From the NCBI GenBank assembly GCA_039208735.1, contig JBCCQY010000085.1, forward strand, positions 1 to 37,458: a stretch of DNA of 37,458 nt, given 5' to 3'. The DNA comes from Myxococcota bacterium (GTDB lineage: Bacteria > Myxococcota_A > UBA796 > GCA-2862545). Below, piece after piece: positions 25,656 to 34,235 of this stretch; the first letter of the stretch is position 1, and each line of letters opens with the position of its first letter. The notes below the pieces were generated by a model, which did no database searches, was not told the origin of the DNA, and worked only from the letters and a program-made list of their open reading frames with translations. The translations under genes and the position numbers were made by a program.

Positions 25656-26048
25656 GTGGCGTTCGTTCATCCCGTGATCGGGACCGTGGCCATCCTGTTC
25701 ACCATTTGGATTGGGAGCCGCGGCATCACCGCCCGGCAGGGCACGAAAGGCGCGCACCAGGCGCGCCGCATCCATCGCAAATACGCAGTCTACGCCCTCA
25801 TTGCGATGGTGGTGGCCTCGATTACGGGCACCGCGAGCACGGTGTGGTTGCGCGATGACCTTTCGCTCGGCGATACCTGGCACCTCGCGATTGGCTGGGT
25901 CATCGTCGGGCTCATGGGCGTTTCTGCGCTGCTGACGCGCTACTTCACCAAGAGTCCCGTGCTGCGGTCGGTCCACCCGCTCTTGGGGATGCTCGCCGTC
26001 GCCGCCGCGGTCTTGCAAGCCATCATCGGCATTGAACTCCTACCCTGA
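25656..26048 (+). CDS. Four-helix membrane protein, DUF4079/cytochrome b561-like
   Basis: Four hydrophobic helices with His residues at VHP, IHR, WHL and VHP; AGGAGG RBS. Confidence 0.7.
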   Translation: MAFVHPVIGTVAILFTIWIGSRGITARQGTKGAHQARRIHRKYAVYALIAMVVASITGTASTVWLRDDLSLGDTWHLAIGWVIVGLMGVSALLTRYFTKSPVLRSVHPLLGMLAVAAAVLQAIIGIELLP

Positions 26049-26127
26049 CGACTAAGGGTCACGATGGCGTTCGTGAATCTGTACGATTGGCGGCTTGCGC
26101 ACAGTGTAGGGGACGGCCTGATCTAGG

Positions 26128-26167
26128 CTAGACCGTCTAGACTGATCAGTCTAGACTGAATAGTCTA
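26128..26167. promoter_or_regulatory. Tandem palindromic operators (TAGACT-N4-AGTCTA x2), probable TetR binding sites
   Basis: Perfect 22-bp palindrome GTCTAGACTGATCAGTCTAGAC (26135-26156) overlapping TAGACTGAATAGTCTA (26152-26167), directly upstream of the hydrolase-TetR operon. Confidence 0.8.
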
Positions 26168-26181
26168 ACAGCGGAGGTCAG

Positions 26182-27348
26182 ATGTCCAGATCACCGCTTG
26201 CCACGTGGCCCGACCCGCCGAAGCCCCTTCCTGTGGGCTTCCGCCACCTGCACCGGGCGCCGTTCGTGAACTATCAGCTCAACCGCCTGGTCTCGCTCGG
26301 CCACGCCGACGGCGACGAACTCGCGCGCACGACCCGCGGCGTGCGTCGCTTTGCCACCCTTGCGGACATCCTGCAGGCCCTCTCCGAAGACGCGGAAGGA
26401 GGGGGTCAGACCGCAGCGGCCATGGCCTACGCACGCGGCGCCGAGTTCTTTACTGACCCCACGACCGACCTGCGACGCGACCGATACCTGCGTTATCGCA
26501 ACCTGTTCGATGTCGTTCATGCCGAGCGCCCCCTCACCCGGGTCGAGATCCCGTTCGGCGAGGGATTCCTGCCCGCCTACCGGCTGGCGGCGCGCGGAAC
26601 GGCTCGAGGTGTGGTCCTCCTCCATGGTGGCTTCGACTCCGTGATCGAGGAGTTCTTCGCCATCTGGGAGCGCATTGCGTTTGCCGGCTACACCGTGCTG
26701 GCCTTCGAAGGGCCCGGCCAGGGCGGCGCTCGGCTGTTGCACGGGCTCACCTTCGACCACGACTGGGAGCATCCTGTCGCCGCGGTCCTCGACCACTTCG
26801 ACGTCAACGAGGCGACGCTGATCGGCTTGTCGATGGGGGGCTACTGGGCACTGCGGGCCGCGGGCCGCGAGCCGCGGATCACCCGCGTCGTCAGCTGGCC
26901 CCCCGTGTACGACTGGCTCCACCAGCTCAGCCCGTGGCTGCGAGGCGTCGTGGCAGCCATGCTGCGGTTTCGGAGCGCGATGAACCTGGGTATTCGATTC
27001 CGCATGAAGCTCTTCCCGGTCCTCGAGCATGCCGTGCGCCACGCGCAGTACCTGTGCGGCGGACGCGAGCCTATGGATGCGGTCGACTGGATGCTCGGCA
27101 TGAACGCGGACCACCTGAGCAGCGGCCGCGTGACACAGGACGTGCTCGTGATGTCCGGCGACAACGACGCGTTTCAGCCACCGCGCCTCGCCGACCTGCA
27201 GATCGCGGCGCTCACGCGGGCCCGGCGAGTCCAGCGGCGCCGGTTCACCGCAGCGGAGCACGCGGGCAGCCACTGCCAGATGGGCAACCTCGATCTGGCC
27301 TGCCACGTGCTCACCCACTGGCTGGACATGGGCGAGGTGCTTGAGTGA
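26182..27348 (+). CDS. Alpha/beta hydrolase (FrsA/S9-like)
   Basis: HGGFDS, FEGPGQG, nucleophile elbow GLSMGG, GDND and SHCQ motifs. Confidence 0.9.
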   Translation: MSRSPLATWPDPPKPLPVGFRHLHRAPFVNYQLNRLVSLGHADGDELARTTRGVRRFATLADILQALSEDAEGGGQTAAAMAYARGAEFFTDPTTDLRRDRYLRYRNLFDVVHAERPLTRVEIPFGEGFLPAYRLAARGTARGVVLLHGGFDSVIEEFFAIWERIAFAGYTVLAFEGPGQGGARLLHGLTFDHDWEHPVAAVLDHFDVNEATLIGLSMGGYWALRAAGREPRITRVVSWPPVYDWLHQLSPWLRGVVAAMLRFRSAMNLGIRFRMKLFPVLEHAVRHAQYLCGGREPMDAVDWMLGMNADHLSSGRVTQDVLVMSGDNDAFQPPRLADLQIAALTRARRVQRRRFTAAEHAGSHCQMGNLDLACHVLTHWLDMGEVLE

Positions 27349-27971
27349 GCTTCGAGCGGGACTTCGAGCACCGTGATGCCCTGCGGGACGCAGCGAGCAA
27401 GGCCTTCTGCGAGCACGGATACGGCCGCGCCTCGCTCAGCGCCATCCTCACCGCGGCTGGCATGAGCAAGGGCCAGTTCTACCACCACTTCGACGGCAAG
27501 GAGGCCCTGTACCTCGCGCTCGTCGACGACATGGTAGCCCGGAAGCGAGCCTGGTTCGACGAGCACCCCGTGCCCGACCACGGAGGGTTCCTGGCGACAC
27601 TCCGCGCGCAGCTCGAGGCGGGGTTGGCCTTCTCGCGGTCCCATCCCGAACTCGACCAGTTCTCCAGGTCCTTCCTTCGCGAACGGGGCCGTCCGATCTT
27701 TCGCGTGGTCATGCGCCGCGCCGCATTCAGCGACGGAGGACCCCTTGATGAGCTCGTACGGCGCTACCACGAAGCGGGAGCGTTCCACGGGAGCCTCTCG
27801 GTGGAGGTCGTCCGTGCGCTCATTGACACCACGTTCGAGCGCGTCGTCGACCTGCTTGATCTCACGTCACCCGAGCAGCTCGGCCAACGTATGGACGCCA
27901 TCGTCGGCTTCCTCGGCCGTGGCCTGGGCGTTCGGCTGGAAGCTCCAGAGGATCGGGCCGACGAACCCTGA
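27345..27971 (+). CDS. TetR/AcrR family regulator
   Basis: FCEHGYGRASLSAILTAAGMSKGQFYHHFDGKEALY; GTGA overlap with the hydrolase gene. Confidence 0.93.
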   Translation: MSFERDFEHRDALRDAASKAFCEHGYGRASLSAILTAAGMSKGQFYHHFDGKEALYLALVDDMVARKRAWFDEHPVPDHGGFLATLRAQLEAGLAFSRSHPELDQFSRSFLRERGRPIFRVVMRRAAFSDGGPLDELVRRYHEAGAFHGSLSVEVVRALIDTTFERVVDLLDLTSPEQLGQRMDAIVGFLGRGLGVRLEAPEDRADEP

Positions 27972-28004
27972 CGTTCACGCGGGCGCTTCGTGCGGGACTG
28001 GTAG

Positions 28005-28802
28005 GGTGAGGCACAGCCGTCAACCAAGAGCCTTGGAGCCCGCATCCGTATCCACGGAGATTCTGAAGAACCATGGTTCTTCGAGCACGAAGGTCCCGAG
28101 CGTACTTATCGAGAGCCAGGAAGCCCATTCGCTCGTCTGGTGGTCTGTGATGAGGGTGCCGTTGAGGTCGCAGGGCGCTGGCTCGACGCCGCCTTGATTC
28201 TTCCCACGACACGCTGGATGGAGGTGCGATGGCATCGTCGAATGGTGGGATGCGAACGGCGCCTTTACCTCTCACCAGAGAGGCATCGCCAGCTTGCTTA
28301 GGCTCCAAGGGTTCTTTCCTGGTCGATGGCGGCTCGCATGCTAGATCGACCCGATCTGGCTCACGAACGAGACATCGGTGTGATGACGGAACTCCTTGCT
28401 GACGACTGGACTGCGCCGAAATGGCTCGAGAACAGCTGGAGTCATGCGATGGAGGGCCTCGTCAGCCGTGCTGACGCAATGCTCCGAGAAGCCCCCATTT
28501 CCTACCGAAACGCTGCTCGAACGTTTCGTGATGCCATGGGCGTCAGGCCCAAGCAAGCCTTGCGGCTGGTTCGATTCTGGAGGGCCCTTGCGATGCTGAG
28601 CGCAGGTGTCCGGAGCGTGGAGGTGGCATATCGCTGTGGCTATGCCGATCAATCCCACCTCAATCGTGAATTCTCGGCCCTGGAAGGCTCGACGCCGAAG
28701 CGATGGGTATCTCGGCTGACCTCGGTCGACCGGATGTGGTGGCAGGACCACAACGCACATCCAAAAGATCCAATCCTTCGCCAAGGCCCTTCCGCATACT
28801 GA
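28005..28802 (+). pseudogene. AraC family regulator, apparently interrupted (intact HTH portion 28326-28802)
   Basis: The C-terminus has FRDAMGVRPK and VAYRCGYADQSHLNREF...TP. The same frame is open from 28005 to 28298, then hits TAG at 28299-28301, and has no early start codon. Confidence 0.6.
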
Positions 28803-28819
28803 CTCTGACGGGAGGTCAG

Positions 28820-29161
28820 ATGTCGAAGATCAGCCATCTTGAGTTTGGAACCCACGATGCCCAGCAGAGCCGCTTGTTCTTCGAACAGCTGTTCGGATGG
28901 ACGTTCGCAGCCTTCAAGGGAGGTCAACAGGCAACAATCGATATCCACGGAACGTCCGGAGGGCTCCACGACGGCGTGAGTCAACCCAACATCCGAGTGT
29001 ACTTTCAGGTGAGCGACATCCATGCTGCGGTGCGCCAAGTCCGTCAGTTGGGCGGGTTGTCCACTGAACCGGCGGGAGAACCTGGACATGGCCAGTTCGC
29101 ATCATGTGTCGATAGTCAAGGTCTTCCCTTCGGCCTGCATCAGCCAGGAGGCCATCGATGA
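28820..29161 (+). CDS. VOC/glyoxalase family protein
   Basis: ISHLEF..D..FFEQLFGW, VYFQVSDI, LGG and DSQGLPFGLHQ motifs; GGAGG RBS. Confidence 0.92.
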   Translation: MSKISHLEFGTHDAQQSRLFFEQLFGWTFAAFKGGQQATIDIHGTSGGLHDGVSQPNIRVYFQVSDIHAAVRQVRQLGGLSTEPAGEPGHGQFASCVDSQGLPFGLHQPGGHR

Positions 29162-29255
29162 CATGCAATGTGAATGCGTGTCATCTAGGCGTCGGATCAC
29201 CGGTGTTGCGCGCAATACGACCGTACAAACTTCACGAACGCTATCGCTACCCCGA

Positions 29256-30662
29256 CTACTTCTCGTCCTGAGGTCGCCACGGGTCGAGGATGAACGGCCG
29301 CGGCCCTCCCCCCATCACAAGCTCACTCATGATGGTGATCTGCGGCGTCAGCTCCTGCCACAGGCTCCACTGGTCCGGATCTGTGGGGTCACCGATGTCA
29401 TTCTGCTCGTCGGGATCGACGGTGCGATCGAAGACCTCCACCACCCCCGTCCAGCGGTAGTGGATTTTCAGGCCGTTGCGGACCGCCATCTGAACCCCAC
29501 CACGACGCGCCAGGGCCTCCCCAAAGATGACACGATCTTCGGGCGCGGTCCCGACCACATGACCGGTGATCTCGTCGGGAATGGGCTGGTCGAAGACATC
29601 GAGCACGGTGGGGGCGATGTCGATGGCTGCAGTCGGTCCAGAAAACCGCGCAGGCACGATGTTGCGCGCCCAAAACAACGCAAAGCCATCACTCTCTTCG
29701 CCGTAGAGGTTGTAGGCATGGGTCTGGTCGCCGTGCTCGTAAAACTGCTCCCCGTGGTCGTTCCAGATGATGACCAGCGTGTCGTTGAGGTAGCCCTCGC
29801 GGTCGAGGTTCTTCCAGACTCGCCGCAACCGGTCATCGATGGTGCGAATCTCGCCTTCGTAGAGGCGCCGCAGGTGCTGCTCGAACAGATCTCGCCGCTC
29901 GATTTCAAGCTGGGAGGCGGTGTTGCGCTGATCGTAGTGCACCTCGCGGTCCCGTAGGTCCTCGGGCCACGGCTCCAGCTCGTCGATCCCTTCCGTGAAC
30001 TGGTCGGGCGGGTCGTAGCTCGCGTGCGGCTCCATGAAGTGAAGGTGCATGTAGAAGCGCTCCGCCCCATCCTCCACCAATGCGGCCACCCGAGGCCGGG
30101 CCGTCTCGAGCACGTTCAATGCACCGGATGCGGAGGGTCGGCGCACCTCGGTGAACCCCTGACCATTGCCCCACTTTGAGACGATCTGGTTGCCCTCGGC
30201 CCCAAACCAAATGTTGTTCGAGGCCAACACGGACGCAAACCCTGCCTCCCCAAGCCAGGTGGCAAGAAAGGGCGTACCGTCGGGCACGGGCAGCCGATTC
30301 GCCTCGTTGCCCGAGAGACGAGGAAGGTGGCCCCGATCGAGGTTGGTGCGCCCCGCCATCGTGCACGTGGTACTGCCGAACGTCCAGTTGGAGCACTGAT
30401 GGTGGTTGTCGAGCACCACCCCATCATCCGCAATACCGTCGAGGAACGGGGTCAATCCAAGGTTGCCGTGGGCCCCCAGGTGGTCCTTTCGGAACGTATC
30501 GATCGACAGCATGATGAGATTTTTGGGCTTTTGCCCATAGAACTCGAGCGGTGCCGTGCCGACCCTCGGAAGCGTGGGGTCGGTCGGGAGGGGACGGTCG
30601 TCAATCTCGCGCGACAAGCAGCCGGCTGCCGACGCCAACAGCACCAAGGCGATGGTTCGCAT
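29256..30662 (-). CDS. Sulfatase/alkaline-phosphatase superfamily lipoprotein
   Basis: AAGC lipobox; SIDTFRKDHLG, NWTFGS, HFMEPHASY, YEGEI, NDHGE and DIAPTVLD motifs. Confidence 0.88.
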   Translation of the reverse strand: MRTIALVLLASAAGCLSREIDDRPLPTDPTLPRVGTAPLEFYGQKPKNLIMLSIDTFRKDHLGAHGNLGLTPFLDGIADDGVVLDNHHQCSNWTFGSTTCTMAGRTNLDRGHLPRLSGNEANRLPVPDGTPFLATWLGEAGFASVLASNNIWFGAEGNQIVSKWGNGQGFTEVRRPSASGALNVLETARPRVAALVEDGAERFYMHLHFMEPHASYDPPDQFTEGIDELEPWPEDLRDREVHYDQRNTASQLEIERRDLFEQHLRRLYEGEIRTIDDRLRRVWKNLDREGYLNDTLVIIWNDHGEQFYEHGDQTHAYNLYGEESDGFALFWARNIVPARFSGPTAAIDIAPTVLDVFDQPIPDEITGHVVGTAPEDRVIFGEALARRGGVQMAVRNGLKIHYRWTGVVEVFDRTVDPDEQNDIGDPTDPDQWSLWQELTPQITIMSELVMGGGPRPFILDPWRPQDEK

Positions 30663-30668
30663 GCCGGC

Positions 30669-30674
30669 ACTATA
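30669..30674 (-). promoter_or_regulatory. Putative -10 element for a leaderless transcript
   Basis: TATAGT followed by 6 nt and then ATG 30662; no Shine-Dalgarno sequence. Confidence 0.5.
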
Positions 30675-30762
30675 GCCAGCGTTCACCCGGCCGCGGACTG
30701 AATCTGCGTGGCGGGACACTCGCGAAAGAACGCCATACAACGGAGATCAGGAAAGAACGTCG

Positions 30763-31185
30763 ATGGCTGCGCCCCTCTCTGAACGACAACACCAACTGCT
30801 GTTGGACCTCCGCCAGACGGAACGTGACGGGACGCCCATCGACGTCCCCGCCCTCGCCGCCAGCACGGGCTACAGCGAGTCGTCGATTCGCACCTACATC
30901 AGCAAGCGCTTGCTGGGGGCGTTGGTTCACCGTGATGAAGATGGCGCCTTCGTCGTACGCGGCGCGCTGCGCTGTACCGAAGAAGCGTTTGCTCATCGCA
31001 TGTCTCAGAAGGCCCAAACCGCGGCGGAAGCATTGCAATCCGAGGATGCTTGGCGAGAGCTTGTGCGGAAGCTGCTGCGCGAGGGAAGTCGCCGTGGCTA
31101 CAGCCTTTCCGATGACGAACGGGTCTTGCTCGACGAGCTGTTCGACGACGATGAACTGGGCCCAACTCAGCCCTCCTTGTTCTGA
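30763..31185 (+). CDS. Small winged-helix DNA-binding-like protein
   Basis: LSERQ..LL...ALAASTGYSESSIRTYISK HTH pattern followed by a beta-wing. Confidence 0.75.
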   Translation: MAAPLSERQHQLLLDLRQTERDGTPIDVPALAASTGYSESSIRTYISKRLLGALVHRDEDGAFVVRGALRCTEEAFAHRMSQKAQTAAEALQSEDAWRELVRKLLREGSRRGYSLSDDERVLLDELFDDDELGPTQPSLF

Positions 31186-31242
31186 GCTTCGCGAAGCCAA
31201 AGGCCTCGGGCCGCCAGGGGTAGAGTAGGGCACGGAGGAATT

Positions 31243-32775
31243 GTGGCTGGAACGGCGTTCTGGTTGGTGCTCATCGCATCGTGGGGATGCCGTCCCGTTC
31301 AGCCCACCGGCGCAGGTCCCATTCCCGAGGGTCGGGAAGCCCGGGTGGCGTTCTTCCATGATTTCGTGGCCAAGACGGTCCTGCGAACCGCGTTCTCTCC
31401 TCCCAAGTGGCGCGCCCTCGGCACGGACTATCGAACATGGGTCGAAGGAAGCGGCCTCCGCGAGGAGTTCGCCCAGGCGGAAACCACCGACGCGCTTTGG
31501 CACGCGGTGCATCGATTGAACCACAGCCGACGAGACCGCCATCTGCGCGTCCGGGGCCCCGTGCCTCCCTTGCGCTGCATTCCCGTGCGGTTCTACCCAG
31601 ACCTGCAGGACGACAACGCACCATCCTTCTTTGTCGCCAACCTTGACGCAAGCGCCCAAACCCAAGGCGTCGAGCGGGGAGACCAGTTGGTCGCCGTGGA
31701 CGGGATTCCCGTGGCCGATGTGGTCGAACGACTCTGGTGGGAGGCGCCCTATTCCTCGCCCCTCAACTTCTACGTTCGGGGACTTGGAAATGGAGGGCCA
31801 TACCCTGGCCTCTTGTCGTGTGCGGTCGGACCCGCGGGGCATGAAGGGCCAGATGTTGCCCGCCTGACGTTGCGCAACGCGAAAGGCGAACGAGAGGTCG
31901 CCCTCCCCCGTACGCCCCCTCGTCCGGTGGAGTGGATGTACGAACCCCTGTTTCCGGGACGAAGATCCACCCACGCCGACATTTGGCGTCGACGCTACCT
32001 CAACCTGGGCCTCAAGGCGATTGCCGAGAACCGAGATGCAACGTTGTACGTCGATCATGACCGACGACTGGCCGTGCTCGAATGGGTGGCGCTGTCCGAC
32101 GTTGAACGTACGCTCCCAGAGATTGTCGACGCCGCCGAACGAGCCAACGTTCTTGATTACGGATTGGTCCTCGATCTCACGCATGGCCGAGGCGGAAGTC
32201 GCAGCGAGCAGGTCGTCGCCGCCATGGCGGACGCTCCCTTCAAAACCACCTTCGGAAACGTCCGGGTCGACGATGTCGCGTTTGCGAGGGCCCACCTTGA
32301 CCAGCACTCACGCGCCGTTCGGTCCTGGATCCGCCAGGCACTTGCGCAAGGCGCGTCGTTCACCACCAACGAGCCGTTCAAGCTGCGTCACTTCCCTCGG
32401 GGCAGCGACGGCATGATGCAGCCAGCCAGGCGTCGGTTCACAGGCCGGAAAGTCGCATTGTTCTTTCCGTGGGGAGGGTCCAATCTCGACCAGTTCGCAG
32501 CGATGATCGTGGACAACCCACAACTCGGCATCCATTCCATGGGAATGAGTCCTGGCGGCTACAGCAACACCTGGGAATGGAGTGAGTCGCTAGACGTGCC
32601 AGGGCTTGGGCCGGTGGTGTTTTCGTGGACGGTCGGACACACCATTCGACCGAACGGAGAGGTGCTCGAAGGCAACCCCGCCCGTGCGGTGGACTGGCGT
32701 CCGCTGACGCAAGACAATGCGTCGACCTACCTGATATCACTCCTCGAAGCAGGAATGGCCTACGTCGAACGTTAA
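31243..32775 (+). CDS. PDZ + S41-like peptidase lipoprotein
   Basis: SWGC lipobox; DRHL; PDZ segment GVERGDQLVAVDGIPV; LVLDLTHGRGG; GGSNLDQF; EGNP. Confidence 0.72.
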   Translation: MAGTAFWLVLIASWGCRPVQPTGAGPIPEGREARVAFFHDFVAKTVLRTAFSPPKWRALGTDYRTWVEGSGLREEFAQAETTDALWHAVHRLNHSRRDRHLRVRGPVPPLRCIPVRFYPDLQDDNAPSFFVANLDASAQTQGVERGDQLVAVDGIPVADVVERLWWEAPYSSPLNFYVRGLGNGGPYPGLLSCAVGPAGHEGPDVARLTLRNAKGEREVALPRTPPRPVEWMYEPLFPGRRSTHADIWRRRYLNLGLKAIAENRDATLYVDHDRRLAVLEWVALSDVERTLPEIVDAAERANVLDYGLVLDLTHGRGGSRSEQVVAAMADAPFKTTFGNVRVDDVAFARAHLDQHSRAVRSWIRQALAQGASFTTNEPFKLRHFPRGSDGMMQPARRRFTGRKVALFFPWGGSNLDQFAAMIVDNPQLGIHSMGMSPGGYSNTWEWSESLDVPGLGPVVFSWTVGHTIRPNGEVLEGNPARAVDWRPLTQDNASTYLISLLEAGMAYVER

Positions 32776-33089
32776 GCCAGCAGCTTTGCCCAGTCGGCCG
32801 CCCCACCCAGAATCTCGATGCCGATCGCGACCCCCGCATCGCCCGCTTCACGGGTCGAGATCACCACCCCCATGCCAGTAAGTGCACCATCGGTGGTGTT
32901 GACTTGGACTTGCGCGTCCATCGGCAGGCTCTGGGACGCCACCACCGTGATCTGATCCCCAGCCGCGGACTGCAGCTTGGCATCATGGGTCGTACCGTCG
33001 GCTTCAAGCTTGACCGGCACCGATGCGGTCGACGCCTTGAGGTCCGGAACCGGCATGTTGTCGGTCACATCTTCATCATCGGCCGCCAT
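32772..33089 (-). CDS. Small acidic beta-rich protein, possible degenerate PilZ fold
   Basis: GGAGGG RBS; the strand pattern GVVI...GVAIGIEI...W resembles a PilZ barrel; no RxxxR motif. Confidence 0.6.
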   Translation of the reverse strand: MAADDEDVTDNMPVPDLKASTASVPVKLEADGTTHDAKLQSAAGDQITVVASQSLPMDAQVQVNTTDGALTGMGVVISTREAGDAGVAIGIEILGGAADWAKLLA

Positions 33090-33150
33090 CGGGCCCTCCA
33101 ATCGATCCTTCGTGGTTCGCCAGTAAACACGATGAGCCCGCCGCGTCTCG

Positions 33151-33420
33151 TCAACCGGCCTCAGACGTCCAACGGACTCGCCGCACCACTTCCACGTGAT
33201 CCAGGGGAAGCCCCGGTTCCGCCAATCTTACATCACGTCGCGTGAACCCCGGGTCATCCTGCACCTGGTTGGCGAGCGCGATCGACCGGACCTTCAGCAC
33301 CAAGATGGCCTCCCCATGTGCGGAGGGCTCGATGCTCACCTCGTCCCCTTCGCCAAGCTCCAGCCGAGCCAGGACTTCGTCGGCGGTCTTCAAAGCCACG
33401 TCTGCCCTCGGCTTCGTCAT
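33151..33420 (-). CDS. Small hypothetical protein with an AbrB/MazE-like N-terminus
   Basis: VALKTADEVLARLELGEGDEVSIE resembles the swapped-hairpin consensus; co-oriented with its neighbours. Confidence 0.5.
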   Translation of the reverse strand: MTKPRADVALKTADEVLARLELGEGDEVSIEPSAHGEAILVLKVRSIALANQVQDDPGFTRRDVRLAEPGLPLDHVEVVRRVRWTSEAG

Positions 33421-33444
33421 CGGCCAGCCGGCGCGGAGCTTGAG

Positions 33445-34233
33445 CTACGGCGGGAAACCAGCTCGTTCCAGTGCCCGACGCCCCACTGCGGTCAGATCAA
33501 CATCCCGGCGATCCCGGGCCCAAACCCAGGTCGCCAGACCATAAATCGCAAGATTTCCGCGTAGAGCGTCCGCATCGGGCTCCCCCAGAACCTCGACGAA
33601 CGCCGCGCGCTGCGCCTCGGACCAGGGCCAGGCCTCCAGGCGCACCCAATCCACGAGCGGATGGTCAGGCCGGGTGTGCTCAAAGTCCAACAGGCCCAAG
33701 GCCCCATGGTGAAAAAGCCAATTTTGAGGCAGGTAATCACGATGACACCAGACGCGGAGTGCATCCAGAGCCTCGCGGTGGGCCACCACCCAATCGACGA
33801 TGGCCTGTCCGACGGGCGGAGCCCCCGGTCGCACCGCCCAAGCGGTCGCGCGCTGGGCCATGGCCTCACCGAGGGACAGCGCTTCCTGCGCACACGGAAT
33901 GCGGTGGATCCGGGCGAGCACCCTCGCAGCCTGGGCGAACACCTCGGGGGGATCGTCAAGGGTGACCGGTCGGCCCGGCACCTCGTGGAGGAGCCGAACC
34001 TTCAAGGATCGTTGCTGGGCCAAACGTTCAGGGACCGCAACGCCAGACCGCGCCAACGACGGCACCACGATGCCAAAAGCCCGCTCGGACTGTGCCCAGG
34101 CGCGCCCCGAACGGTAGCGCTTCACCCACACCGTCGCTTTTTTGGTCTGAATCCGGGTGGCGGCCGACCGTTGTTCCACGATCTCGAACGGCCCGCAGGT
34201 CTGCTCGACCCACTGCCGCACCGCGTCCGGCAT
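33445..34233 (-). CDS. Aminoglycoside phosphotransferase/choline kinase-like protein
   Basis: VWVKR, HRDYLPQN (HxDxxxxN) and LLDFE motifs. ATG 34233 lies 2 nt after the fdhD stop codon (alternative start 34254). Confidence 0.85.
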   Translation of the reverse strand: MPDAVRQWVEQTCGPFEIVEQRSAATRIQTKKATVWVKRYRSGRAWAQSERAFGIVVPSLARSGVAVPERLAQQRSLKVRLLHEVPGRPVTLDDPPEVFAQAARVLARIHRIPCAQEALSLGEAMAQRATAWAVRPGAPPVGQAIVDWVVAHREALDALRVWCHRDYLPQNWLFHHGALGLLDFEHTRPDHPLVDWVRLEAWPWSEAQRAAFVEVLGEPDADALRGNLAIYGLATWVWARDRRDVDLTAVGRRALERAGFPP

Positions 34234-34235
34234 GC

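Noticed and set aside
26173..28824. Identical 14-mer GGAGGTCAGATGTC at 26173-26186 and 28811-28824
   Set aside because: Mostly explained by Shine-Dalgarno plus ATG constraints; no other sign of a duplication or insertion boundary.
31186..31197. 12-bp palindrome GCTTCGCGAAGC after the winged-helix gene
   Set aside because: Short and with no U-tract; not supportable as a terminator.
30670..32307. 545-aa minus-strand ORF, and similar long antisense ORFs (35338-37041, 22631-23965, 26191-27318)
   Set aside because: Antisense shadows of motif-bearing or codon-biased genes; expected in high-GC DNA.
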